Shown in pieces: positions 24,587 to 32,000 of a DNA stretch of 32,000 bases (its first letter is position 1; each line of letters opens with the position of its first letter). Position numbers and translations under genes: made by a program. The notes beneath the pieces are model-generated. The model saw only the letters and a list, made by a program, of their open reading frames with translations. It ran no database searches and had not been told where the DNA came from. The stretch comes from Rhizobium vallis (lineage in GTDB: Bacteria; Pseudomonadota; Alphaproteobacteria; Rhizobiales; Rhizobiaceae): contig NZ_ML133686.1 of assembly GCF_003985155.1 (NCBI RefSeq), positions 1 through 32,000 of the forward strand, written 5' to 3'.

Positions 24587-27328
24587 TTAGAGCGTGCGCG
24601 TGATATGTTCCACGCGGAAGCACTCGATGATGTCGCCGACGCGCATGTCTTCGTAGTTCTCGAAGGCCATGCCGCATTCCTGGCCCATCGGCACTTCGGA
24701 GACTTCGTCCTTGAAGCGCTTGAGGGTCTTGAGCTTGCCTTCGTGAACGACGACGTCGTTGCGGATGAGGCGGACGCCCGCTCCACGCTCGACCTTGCCT
24801 TCGACGACACGGCAGCCAGCGACCTTGCCGACCTTGGTGATGTTGAACACTTCCAGGATCTCGGCATTGCCGATGAAGGTCTCGCGCCGTTCCGGAGACA
24901 GGAGGCCCGACATCGCCGCCTTCACGTCATCCACGAGGTCGTAGATGATGTTGTAGTAGCGGATTTCGAGGCCCTGGCGCTCGGCGAACTGGCGTGCCTG
25001 CGTGTTTGCACGAACGTTGAAGCCGATGATGGCCGCGTTCGAGGCTTCGGCGAGCGAGATATCAGACTCGGTGATGCCGCCTGCGCCCGAATGGACGATG
25101 CGGGCGCGGACTTCATCCGTGCCGAGCTTCTCCAGCGCGCCGGCAATCGCTTCGATCGAGCCCTGCACGTCACCCTTGATGACAAGCGGGAACTCCTTGA
25201 TACCGGCGCTCTGGCGCTGGATCATCATCTGTTCCAGCGAGCCGCGCTGGCTGGACTGGCGGGCAGCCGCCTTGTCGCGGGCAAGACGCTGACGGTATTC
25301 CGAGATTTCGCGGGCGCGGCTCTCGCTTTCGACGACGGCGAACTTGTCGCCTGCCTGCGGCGTGCCGGAAAGACCGAGGACCTCGACCGGGGTTGCGGGA
25401 CCAGCTTCCTTCACATGGTCGCCCTTGTCGGTGACCAGCGCACGCACACGGCCCCAGACATCGCCAGCGACAATGATCTGACCCGGACGCAGCGTGCCCT
25501 TCTGGACGAGCACGGTCGCGACCGAACCACGACCGCGGTCGAGCTGGGCTTCGATAACAGTGCCTTCGGCCGTCCGGTCGGGATTGGCCTTGAGGTCGAG
25601 AATTTCGGCCTGCAGCAGGATCGCCTCGAGCAGCTTGTCGAGGTTCTTGCCTGTCTTGGCCGAAACTTCGACGTCGAGCACTTCACCGCCCATGGTTTCC
25701 ACGAAGACTTCGTGTTGCAGCAGCTGGTTGCGGACCTTCTGCGGATCGGCCTCGTGCTTGTCGATCTTGTTGATCGCCACGATGATCGGAACGCCGGCCG
25801 CCTTGGCGTGGTTGATCGATTCGATCGTCTGCGGCATCACGCTGTCGTCGGCTGCGACGACCAGGATTGCGATGTCAGTCGCCTGCGCGCCGCGGGCACG
25901 CATCGCTGTGAAGGCAGCGTGGCCGGGGGTGTCGATGAAGGTGATCTTCTGGCCGTTCTGCTCCACCTGATAGGCGCCGATATGCTGCGTGATGCCACCG
26001 GCTTCGCCGGAAACCACGTTGGCATGTCGGATGGCGTCGAGCAGCGAGGTCTTGCCGTGGTCGACATGGCCCATGATGGTGACGACGGGCGGGCGCGAAA
26101 CCAGTTCGCCATCCTCGTCGGACACGTTGAAGATGCCGAGTTCGACGTCGGACTCCGATACGCGCCGGACAGTATGACCGAATTCGCCGGCGATGAGTTC
26201 GGCAAGGTCGGCGTCGATGACGTCGCCCGGCTTCATCATCTGGCCTTCCTTCATCAGGTACTTGATGACGTCGACGGCGCGTTCGGACATGCGCTGCGAC
26301 AGTTCCTGAATGGTGATGGTTTCGGGCAGAACGACTTCGCGGGAGATCTTCTCGCGCGTTTCCTGCATCTGGCTGCGGCGGAATTTCTCCTGCCGGCGGC
26401 GCATTGCCGAAAGCGAACGGCCGCGGGCATTGTCGTCGCCGTCCGAGTCGGCGGTGGTGATGGTCAGTTTGCCGCGGCGGCGCTCTTCATCTGTCTTCGG
26501 ACGCGTCGTCACCGGCTTTGCGGGTTCTGGGCGAACGACGCGGCCACGGGCCGGAGCGCCGCGTGCCGGGCCACGATCTTCGTCTTCCGTTTCAGGGCGA
26601 CGGCCACGGGCACCGGCCGGCGCCGCAGCGCCGGGCGCCGGACGGGCGGCAGCGGGTGCTGCGGCATCGGGACGGCGTGCAACTGCAGGCCGCGGAGCCT
26701 CCGAACGAGCTTCGGCGACGACGGGAGCCGGTGCTGCCTCAGCGGCTGCCGGTTCAGCGATAGCTGGTGCCTCGGCCTGACGGGCAGCCTCTTCGGCAGC
26801 CCTGCGAGCGGCTTCTTCCGCTTCGGCTGCCTTGCGGACAACCTCCTCGGCGGCACGGCGCTTTTCTTCCTCGGCACGGCGGATCGCATCCTGTGCGTCG
26901 CGCGCCTGGGATTCGGCCAGCGCACGGCGGCGGGCGTCCATCTCCTCAGGCGACAGATGGTTCAGCACCACGGGGCGCGGACGATCATTCTGGCGCGGCG
27001 GCTGATAGGGCTGCTGCGAACGCTGGTTGCTATTGTTATTGTTACCCTGGTGAACCCGCGGCGCCGGTGCGGGCTGCTGCGGACGCGCCTGTACGGGCGC
27101 CGGCGCCGGTTCGGGCGCGCGGACGGGAGCCGCGGAGGCAACAGGTGTGATCGGCTTTTCGTCTTCCGGACGCAACGGGCGCCGCTTGCGGGTCTCGACG
27201 ACAACCGCCTTGGTGCGACCTCGACCCATATCCTGGCGAACGGTGCCCTGGCTCATCCCCGATGGTTTCAGGGTAAGCGTCTTTTTGCCCGTCACGCTGA
27301 TTGTCTTGTCGTCGTTACTATCGGTCAT
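24587..27328 (-). CDS. infB: Translation initiation factor IF-2
   Basis: 913 aa. Ala/Pro/Arg/Glu-rich N-terminal region, then the GTPase [19 protein letters not shown] and NKID motifs, then the C-terminal IF2 domains. Confidence 0.97.
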   Translation of the reverse strand: MTDSNDDKTISVTGKKTLTLKPSGMSQGTVRQDMGRGRTKAVVVETRKRRPLRPEDEKPITPVASAAPVRAPEPAPAPVQARPQQPAPAPRVHQGNNNNSNQRSQQPYQPPRQNDRPRPVVLNHLSPEEMDARRRALAESQARDAQDAIRRAEEEKRRAAEEVVRKAAEAEEAARRAAEEAARQAEAPAIAEPAAAEAAPAPVVAEARSEAPRPAVARRPDAAAPAAARPAPGAAAPAGARGRRPETEDEDRGPARGAPARGRVVRPEPAKPVTTRPKTDEERRRGKLTITTADSDGDDNARGRSLSAMRRRQEKFRRSQMQETREKISREVVLPETITIQELSQRMSERAVDVIKYLMKEGQMMKPGDVIDADLAELIAGEFGHTVRRVSESDVELGIFNVSDEDGELVSRPPVVTIMGHVDHGKTSLLDAIRHANVVSGEAGGITQHIGAYQVEQNGQKITFIDTPGHAAFTAMRARGAQATDIAILVVAADDSVMPQTIESINHAKAAGVPIIVAINKIDKHEADPQKVRNQLLQHEVFVETMGGEVLDVEVSAKTGKNLDKLLEAILLQAEILDLKANPDRTAEGTVIEAQLDRGRGSVATVLVQKGTLRPGQIIVAGDVWGRVRALVTDKGDHVKEAGPATPVEVLGLSGTPQAGDKFAVVESESRAREISEYRQRLARDKAAARQSSQRGSLEQMMIQRQSAGIKEFPLVIKGDVQGSIEAIAGALEKLGTDEVRARIVHSGAGGITESDISLAEASNAAIIGFNVRANTQARQFAERQGLEIRYYNIIYDLVDDVKAAMSGLLSPERRETFIGNAEILEVFNITKVGKVAGCRVVEGKVERGAGVRLIRNDVVVHEGKLKTLKRFKDEVSEVPMGQECGMAFENYEDMRVGDIIECFRVEHITRTL

Positions 27329-27427
27329 TCGTTCCCGTTCCTTCGGACAGGGAGCGATGACTAGATCAGACCCTGTCGTTCAAATACTGTCGATCAATGA
27401 TGGGACCGGCCGATGCCGGTGACCGCT

Positions 27428-28120
27428 TCATTGTTTTTGCCGGCCAGCGCCGCCCGCTGCCCGGGACTGACCGCCAATACGGTACTGTTCGAGCATCTTT
27501 GCGCGCTTCACTACACCTTCACCCGCCTGCCCCGCAAGCACTGCGGCATGGATAAAAGCATTCTGGCCCATCAGGCCTTCCATTTCGCTCTCCGAGAAGA
27601 GACGGAAGGAAGGTATCTCCTCCTCGGTCTCCATTCCGAGGTGCCAGGCCTTGCGGGCCTGGTCGATTTTCCGGACGCCGTCGTCCGCTGCACCAGTCGA
27701 ATGGAACACCGCAAGGGCTGCTCCGCTCCTGACCGCGGCATCCACTTTCGCGGACCCGCTGACGAACTGGCCGGCTTTCCGCGCCATGTTCATCATCTGC
27801 ATCAGTTGTGCTGCGAGCAGCCGATCAACGCTTGCGCCGAGATCGTCCGCTGCCTTCACATCCGTCTTCAAAGCACGGGCGAAGAGCTTCTTCGCCACTG
27901 CCCTGTCGACCAGAGACCGGTCGAACTTTACCCAGCATCCGCGTCCCGGAAGCTCGCGCTTCAGGTCGGCGACGACGGTTCCATCGGGAGCGGCAACGAA
28001 GCGGATCAACTCATCCGGCGATCCGCTTTCGCGCGTCACGATGCACATGCGTCCATTCACGTCATAATCCGCAAGATCGTCGTCCTCTGGGAGAGCGTCC
28101 GGCTCATGCGCGGTCATCAT
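27428..28120 (-). CDS. YlxR (DUF448)-family RNA-binding protein with an L7Ae-like C-terminal extension
   Basis: RMCIVTRESGSPDELIRFV...DLKRELPGRGCWV is the YlxR signature. The start overlaps the nusA stop (ATGA). Position between nusA and infB is conserved. Confidence 0.85.
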   Translation of the reverse strand: MMTAHEPDALPEDDDLADYDVNGRMCIVTRESGSPDELIRFVAAPDGTVVADLKRELPGRGCWVKFDRSLVDRAVAKKLFARALKTDVKAADDLGASVDRLLAAQLMQMMNMARKAGQFVSGSAKVDAAVRSGAALAVFHSTGAADDGVRKIDQARKAWHLGMETEEEIPSFRLFSESEMEGLMGQNAFIHAAVLAGQAGEGVVKRAKMLEQYRIGGQSRAAGGAGRQKQ

Positions 28121-29718
28121 GCTTCTTGTTCGGCTTCGGTGACCTCTTCTTCGGTCCCCTTCGCCAGGTCCTCTTCGGTGATCCAGCCGGCCGAAAGGCG
28201 GGCCTGGACGATCATCTGTTCGGCCTCGACGCGCGAGACGTCGAACTTCGAGAACAGGCCCTCGAACTTCTTGGTTTCGCCGTTCTTGCGTTCCGTCCAG
28301 CCGACGAGGTCGTCAGCGGCGCAGCCGGCGAAGTCTTCGATCGTCTTGATGCCGTCTTCGCCGAGCGCGACCATCATCTGGGCGGTGATGCCGTCGATCT
28401 CACGCAGCTCATCCTGAACACCGAGCGCCTTGCGCTTCTCGTCCATCTCGGCTTCGAGCTTCTCGAGGAATTCGCGGGCGCGGGTCTGGATTTCCTGCGC
28501 CGTATCTTCGTCGAAACCGTCGATCGAAGAAATTTCGTCGAGATCGACATAAGCGAGTTCCTCGACGGCAGCAAAACCTTCCGACGCCAGAACCTGACCG
28601 ACCATCTCGTCGACGTCGAGCGAGTCCATAAAGAGGTTGGTGCGCTCGTTGAATTCCTTCTGGCGGCGCTCCGACTCCTCGGCCTCCGTCATGATGTCGA
28701 TGTCCCAGCCGGTCAGCTGCGATGCCAAGCGGACGTTCTGGCCGCGGCGGCCGATCGCAAGCGACAGCTGCTCATCGGGAACGACGACTTCGATGCGCTC
28801 GGCATCCTCGTCGAGAACGACCTTGGCGACTTCGGCCGGCTGCAGGGCGTTGACGACGAAGGTCGCCGGGTCCTGGCTCCACGGAATGATGTCGATCTTC
28901 TCGCCCTGGAGTTCGCCGACGACGGCCTGGACGCGCGAGCCGCGCATACCGACGCAGGCGCCGACCGGATCGATCGAACTGTCGTTCGAGATCACGGCGA
29001 TCTTGGCGCGAGAACCCGGATCGCGGGCGACCGACTTTACCTGGATGATGCCGTCGTAGATTTCAGGCACTTCCATGGTGAAGAGCTTCACCATGAACTG
29101 CGGATGCGTGCGCGACAGGAAGATCTGCGGGCCGCGCTGCTCGCGACGGACATCATATACGTATGCACGGACGCGATCGCCATAGCGGACGTTTTCGCGC
29201 GGGATCATTTCGTCGCGGCGGATGATGCCTTCGCCGCGGCCGAGATCGACGATGACGTTGCCGTATTCGACGCGCTTGACGGTGCCGTTGACGATTTCGC
29301 CGACGCGATCCTTGAATTCGTCGAACTGGCGGTCGCGCTCGGCTTCACGCACCTTCTGCACGATCACCTGCTTGGCGGACTGTGCGGCGATGCGGCCGAA
29401 ATCCATCGGCGGCAGCGGATCGGCGATGAAATCGCCGAGTGCGGCGTCCGGGTTGCGGTCGCGGGCGAGTTCCAGCGGGATCTGCGTCGAATAATCCTCG
29501 GCCTTGTCGACGACTTCGAGCAGGCGCTGCAGCCGAATTTCGCCGGTTTTCGGATTGATGTCGGCCCGAATGTTGGACTCGGTGCCGTAGCGCGAGCGCG
29601 CCGCCTTCTGAATGGCATCGGCCATTGCGGCAAGCACGATCTCGCGGTCGATGACCTTTTCGCGCGCCACTGCATCTGCAATCTGCAGAAGTTCGAGCCG
29701 GTTCGCACTGACTGCCAT
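28117..29718 (-). CDS. nusA: Transcription termination/antitermination factor NusA
   Basis: 533 aa. [12 protein letters not shown]..., S1 domain ([21 protein letters not shown]), KH domains ([33 protein letters not shown]), and a C-terminal acidic repeat region. Confidence 0.97.
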   Translation of the reverse strand: MAVSANRLELLQIADAVAREKVIDREIVLAAMADAIQKAARSRYGTESNIRADINPKTGEIRLQRLLEVVDKAEDYSTQIPLELARDRNPDAALGDFIADPLPPMDFGRIAAQSAKQVIVQKVREAERDRQFDEFKDRVGEIVNGTVKRVEYGNVIVDLGRGEGIIRRDEMIPRENVRYGDRVRAYVYDVRREQRGPQIFLSRTHPQFMVKLFTMEVPEIYDGIIQVKSVARDPGSRAKIAVISNDSSIDPVGACVGMRGSRVQAVVGELQGEKIDIIPWSQDPATFVVNALQPAEVAKVVLDEDAERIEVVVPDEQLSLAIGRRGQNVRLASQLTGWDIDIMTEAEESERRQKEFNERTNLFMDSLDVDEMVGQVLASEGFAAVEELAYVDLDEISSIDGFDEDTAQEIQTRAREFLEKLEAEMDEKRKALGVQDELREIDGITAQMMVALGEDGIKTIEDFAGCAADDLVGWTERKNGETKKFEGLFSKFDVSRVEAEQMIVQARLSAGWITEEDLAKGTEEEVTEAEQEA

Positions 29719-29777
29719 TGTCTTGTTTCTCCGTCTTTACACCAGGGTTCCCGTCCCTGGAGCGGTCTGTTGATCGG

Positions 29778-30374
29778 TTATTCCTGGTCGTCCGCTTCGT
29801 TCTGGTTGGCGGCCTGCGCTTTCGCCAGCTTGTCGGCGCGCAAGGCGTCGCGGATCAGGTCGTCGGTCAGAATGAGCTTCGCATCGCTGAGCGTCGTGAA
29901 GGGAATGACGACCTTCTGTTCTTCCCCGTAGGCAACCTGGTCACGCTCGAGCGTGAAACCATCTGCATTTGCTTCGACGATCTTGCCGCGGAAGCGCTTG
30001 CGATTATCGATCAGGATCGACGTCTCGCATTTCACAAGGTGGCCCTGCCAGCGGACGAAATCGGATTTCCGCACCATCGGACGGTCGATGCCGGGCGAAG
30101 ACACCTCGAGATGATACTCTTTCTCAATCGGATCTTCCACATCGAGGACCGGAGAAATCGCCATCGAGACAGCTTCGCAGTCCTGAACCGACATCGTGCC
30201 GTCGTTGCGTTCGGCCATGACCTGCATCGTCGCGCCGTTCTGGTTCAGCATGCGTACGCGGATGAGCCGGAAGCCCATGCCGACGAGAACGGGTTCGATG
30301 ATATCGGCTAGACGCTGGTCGAGCCCGGTTTCGGTAATCAGCCGCGGCTCAAGTTCGTTGTCTGCGTTTGTCAT
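29778..30374 (-). CDS. rimP: Ribosome maturation factor RimP
   Basis: ATG 30374 gives [30 protein letters not shown]...[14 protein letters not shown]. Located upstream of nusA. The ORF-track start is 30407. Confidence 0.93.
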   Translation of the reverse strand: MTNADNELEPRLITETGLDQRLADIIEPVLVGMGFRLIRVRMLNQNGATMQVMAERNDGTMSVQDCEAVSMAISPVLDVEDPIEKEYHLEVSSPGIDRPMVRKSDFVRWQGHLVKCETSILIDNRKRFRGKIVEANADGFTLERDQVAYGEEQKVVIPFTTLSDAKLILTDDLIRDALRADKLAKAQAANQNEADDQE

Positions 30375-30433
30375 GTCCGACAAGCGGTTCGCTCCTCGCA
30401 ATTTCATGCTTTCGGGCGATCGCGGTAATAAAA

Positions 30434-30460
30434 AAGAGCGGGTCCTTGCGGCCCACTCTT
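30434..30460 (-). terminator. Terminator-like hairpin plus U-tract in the rimP-nusA-infB leader (candidate attenuator)
   Basis: The minus strand reads AAGAGUGGG-CCGCAAGGA-CCCGCUCUU (9 bp, one U-G pair) followed by UUUUUAUUA. It ends ~50 nt upstream of the rimP ATG, and no minus-strand gene lies upstream of it. Confidence 0.55.
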
Positions 30461-30625
30461 CATCAAGCGATCAAGAATTTGAGAGCCATATAGTCGGGTT
30501 TTTCCGAAATTGCAAGGTCTGCGACCGATTCCGCCAATTCGCTTGCCGCGCGTCAACAGACCTATGGCCAGCGCCGGTCCTGCGCATATATTGCCGAGGA
30601 CACAAGAACAAAAGCGGGAGAGATC

Positions 30626-32000
30626 GTGGCGTATACTTCGTCGACATTGGCGCCTTTGCGGCACGACACCTACCGCGCCATCTGGTTTGCCAGCCTCTCC
30701 TCGAATTTCGGCGGCCTGATCCAGGCCGTCGGCGCGGCCTGGATGATGACGACGATCACACGCTCAGAGGACATGGTGGCGCTGGTGCAGACCTCAACGG
30801 CGCTGCCGATCATGCTGTTTTCCCTGATATCGGGCGCGCTGGCCGACAATTACGACCGCCGCCGGGTGATGCTGACGGCGCAGGGCATGATGCTGACGGT
30901 CTCGGCGCTGTTGACGATCTCGGCCCTTCTCGGCTGGATCACGCCCTGGCTTCTGCTCTTCTTCACCTTCCTGATCGGCTGTGGCACCGCGCTCAACAAT
31001 CCCTCCTGGCAGGCCTCGGTCGGCGACATGGTGCCGCGCGCCGATCTGCCGGGCGCCGTCACGTTGAACAGCATGGGCTTCAACATCACCCGCAGCGTCG
31101 GCCCGGCGATCGGCGGCGCCATCGTGGCGGCGGCCGGCGCCGCTGCGGCCTTCGCCGTAAACACCCTGAGTTACCTCCCCTTGATCTATGCCCTGCTGCG
31201 CTGGCGTCCCAGCACGCCGGTCTCGACCCTGCCGCGCGAGGCGCTCGGCAGTGCCATCTTCGCCGGCCTGCGTTATGTCTCGATGTCGCCCAATCTTGAA
31301 AAGGTTCTCGTCAGGGGCCTCATCTTCGGCATCGGCGCGAGTTCGATCCTGGCACTGCTGCCGATCGTCGCCCTCGATCTGGTTGCCGGCGGCCCGCTGA
31401 CCTACGGTTTCATGCTCGGCGCTTTCGGCATCGGCGCGATCGGTGGCGCGGTGCTGAATGCGAGGCTTCGCCAGGTGCTATCAAGCGAGGTCATCATCCG
31501 CCTTGCCTTTACCGGCTTCGCGTTGAGCGCCGTCATCGCCGCCTTCAGTCCGAGCGCCGTCCTGACCTCCGCCGGGCTGCTCGTTTCCGGCGCATGCTGG
31601 GTCTCAGCACTTTCGCTTTTCAATACCATCGTCCAGCTTTCGACGCCGCGCTGGGTGGTCGGCCGCGCCCTGTCGCTCTATCAGACCGTCACCTTCGGCG
31701 GCATCGCCGGCGGCAGCTGGCTCTGGGGTATCGCCGCCGATCGTTATGGCGTCTCAGACGCGCTCTTGATGTCATCCGTCATCATGCTGCTCGGCATTGT
31801 GATCGGCCTTCGTTTTTCCATGCCGGCCTTCGCCTCGCTCAATCTCGATCCGCTGAACCGCTTCACGGCACCGGCCTTGAGCCTCGACATCACGCCGCGC
31901 AGCGGCCCGATCGTCATCCAGGTCGATTACGAGATCGCCGATGCAGACCTTGCCGAATTCATGACGCTTATGGTGGAGCGGCGCCGCATCCGCATCCGCG
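30626..32000 (+). CDS. MFS transporter (enterobactin-exporter-like MFS_3 type), 3' end outside the window
   Basis: Open frame from GTG 30626 (GGGAGAG upstream) to the window edge; it is not in the ORF track because there is no stop. Translation VAYTSSTLAPLRHDTYRAIWFASLSSNFGGLIQAVGAAWMM...GALADNYDRRRVML... shows many TM helices. Confidence 0.85.
   Translation, partial: MAYTSSTLAPLRHDTYRAIWFASLSSNFGGLIQAVGAAWMMTTITRSEDMVALVQTSTALPIMLFSLISGALADNYDRRRVMLTAQGMMLTVSALLTISALLGWITPWLLLFFTFLIGCGTALNNPSWQASVGDMVPRADLPGAVTLNSMGFNITRSVGPAIGGAIVAAAGAAAAFAVNTLSYLPLIYALLRWRPSTPVSTLPREALGSAIFAGLRYVSMSPNLEKVLVRGLIFGIGASSILALLPIVALDLVAGGPLTYGFMLGAFGIGAIGGAVLNARLRQVLSSEVIIRLAFTGFALSAVIAAFSPSAVLTSAGLLVSGACWVSALSLFNTIVQLSTPRWVVGRALSLYQTVTFGGIAGGSWLWGIAADRYGVSDALLMSSVIMLLGIVIGLRFSMPAFASLNLDPLNRFTAPALSLDITPRSGPIVIQVDYEIADADLAEFMTLMVERRRIRIR

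Noticed and set aside
26500-27150. Repetitive Ala/Pro/Arg/Glu-rich coding stretch with GC-rich short repeats
   Set aside because: This is the normal low-complexity N-terminal region of alphaproteobacterial IF-2, not an independent repeat element or CRISPR. No CRISPR-like array exists anywhere in the window.
24605-27364. 919-aa plus-strand ORF spanning all of infB. Similar long antisense ORFs occur at 27808-29931 (over nusA), 22848-24494 (over truB/rbfA), 15834-17255 (over fabB), 10510-12405 and 13311-14390.
   Set aside because: These are shadow ORFs typical of high-GC DNA. Their translations are Arg/Gly/Asp/His-rich low-information sequence, while the opposite strand encodes unmistakable conserved proteins.

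Overview
The window looks like a Rhizobiaceae-type alphaproteobacterial chromosome, judged from protein sequences and synteny read by eye. No searches were run.

Positions ~9.0-32 kb are high-GC core genome:
- GIY-YIG protein, DUF2798 protein, PEBP/YbhB, an AraC regulator, DUF1275/YoaK, YdcF, a secreted hypothetical protein, and a TRIC/UPF0126 channel
- irr divergent from fabA-fabB-fabI
- an RsmC-like methyltransferase
- on the minus strand, the classic rimP-nusA-ylxR-infB-rbfA-truB ... rpsO-pnp cluster
- a partial MFS transporter at the right edge

Positions ~0.45-8.8 kb are a lower-GC, CTAG-rich accessory island. It is bounded on the right by a tyrosine integrase with no adjacent tRNA. On the left it meets the terminus of an IS66-family element.

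Island cargo:
(i) A ~690-bp ORF-free leader with strand-asymmetric G-runs, reiterated GTGAT motifs and an AT tract. It is followed by a coupled three-gene operon: a degenerate RNase HI-like protein, a Cys/His protein, and a compact 441-aa protein whose C-terminal half carries family-A polymerase / T7-RNAP-like motifs A, B and C.
(ii) A small secreted Cys-rich protein.
(iii) An HNH nuclease with a large unassigned N-terminal region. The gene is bracketed by an 82%-identical 61-bp direct repeat.
(iv) A HEPN-like (Rx5H) Abi-type protein.
(v) Two small divergent ORFs.

The leader plus RNase H-like / polymerase-like operon is my best candidate for an undescribed system. It could be either a transcription/R-loop-primed replicon of the island or a nucleic-acid-synthesising defence module.

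Findings in the core:
- a three-copy intergenic hairpin element with compensatory base changes
- a duplicated DUF1275 5' fragment bracketing the PEBP-AraC pair
- a terminator-like attenuator in the rimP-nusA leader
- several intrinsic terminators

All homology statements come from recalled motifs and need profile or structure searches.
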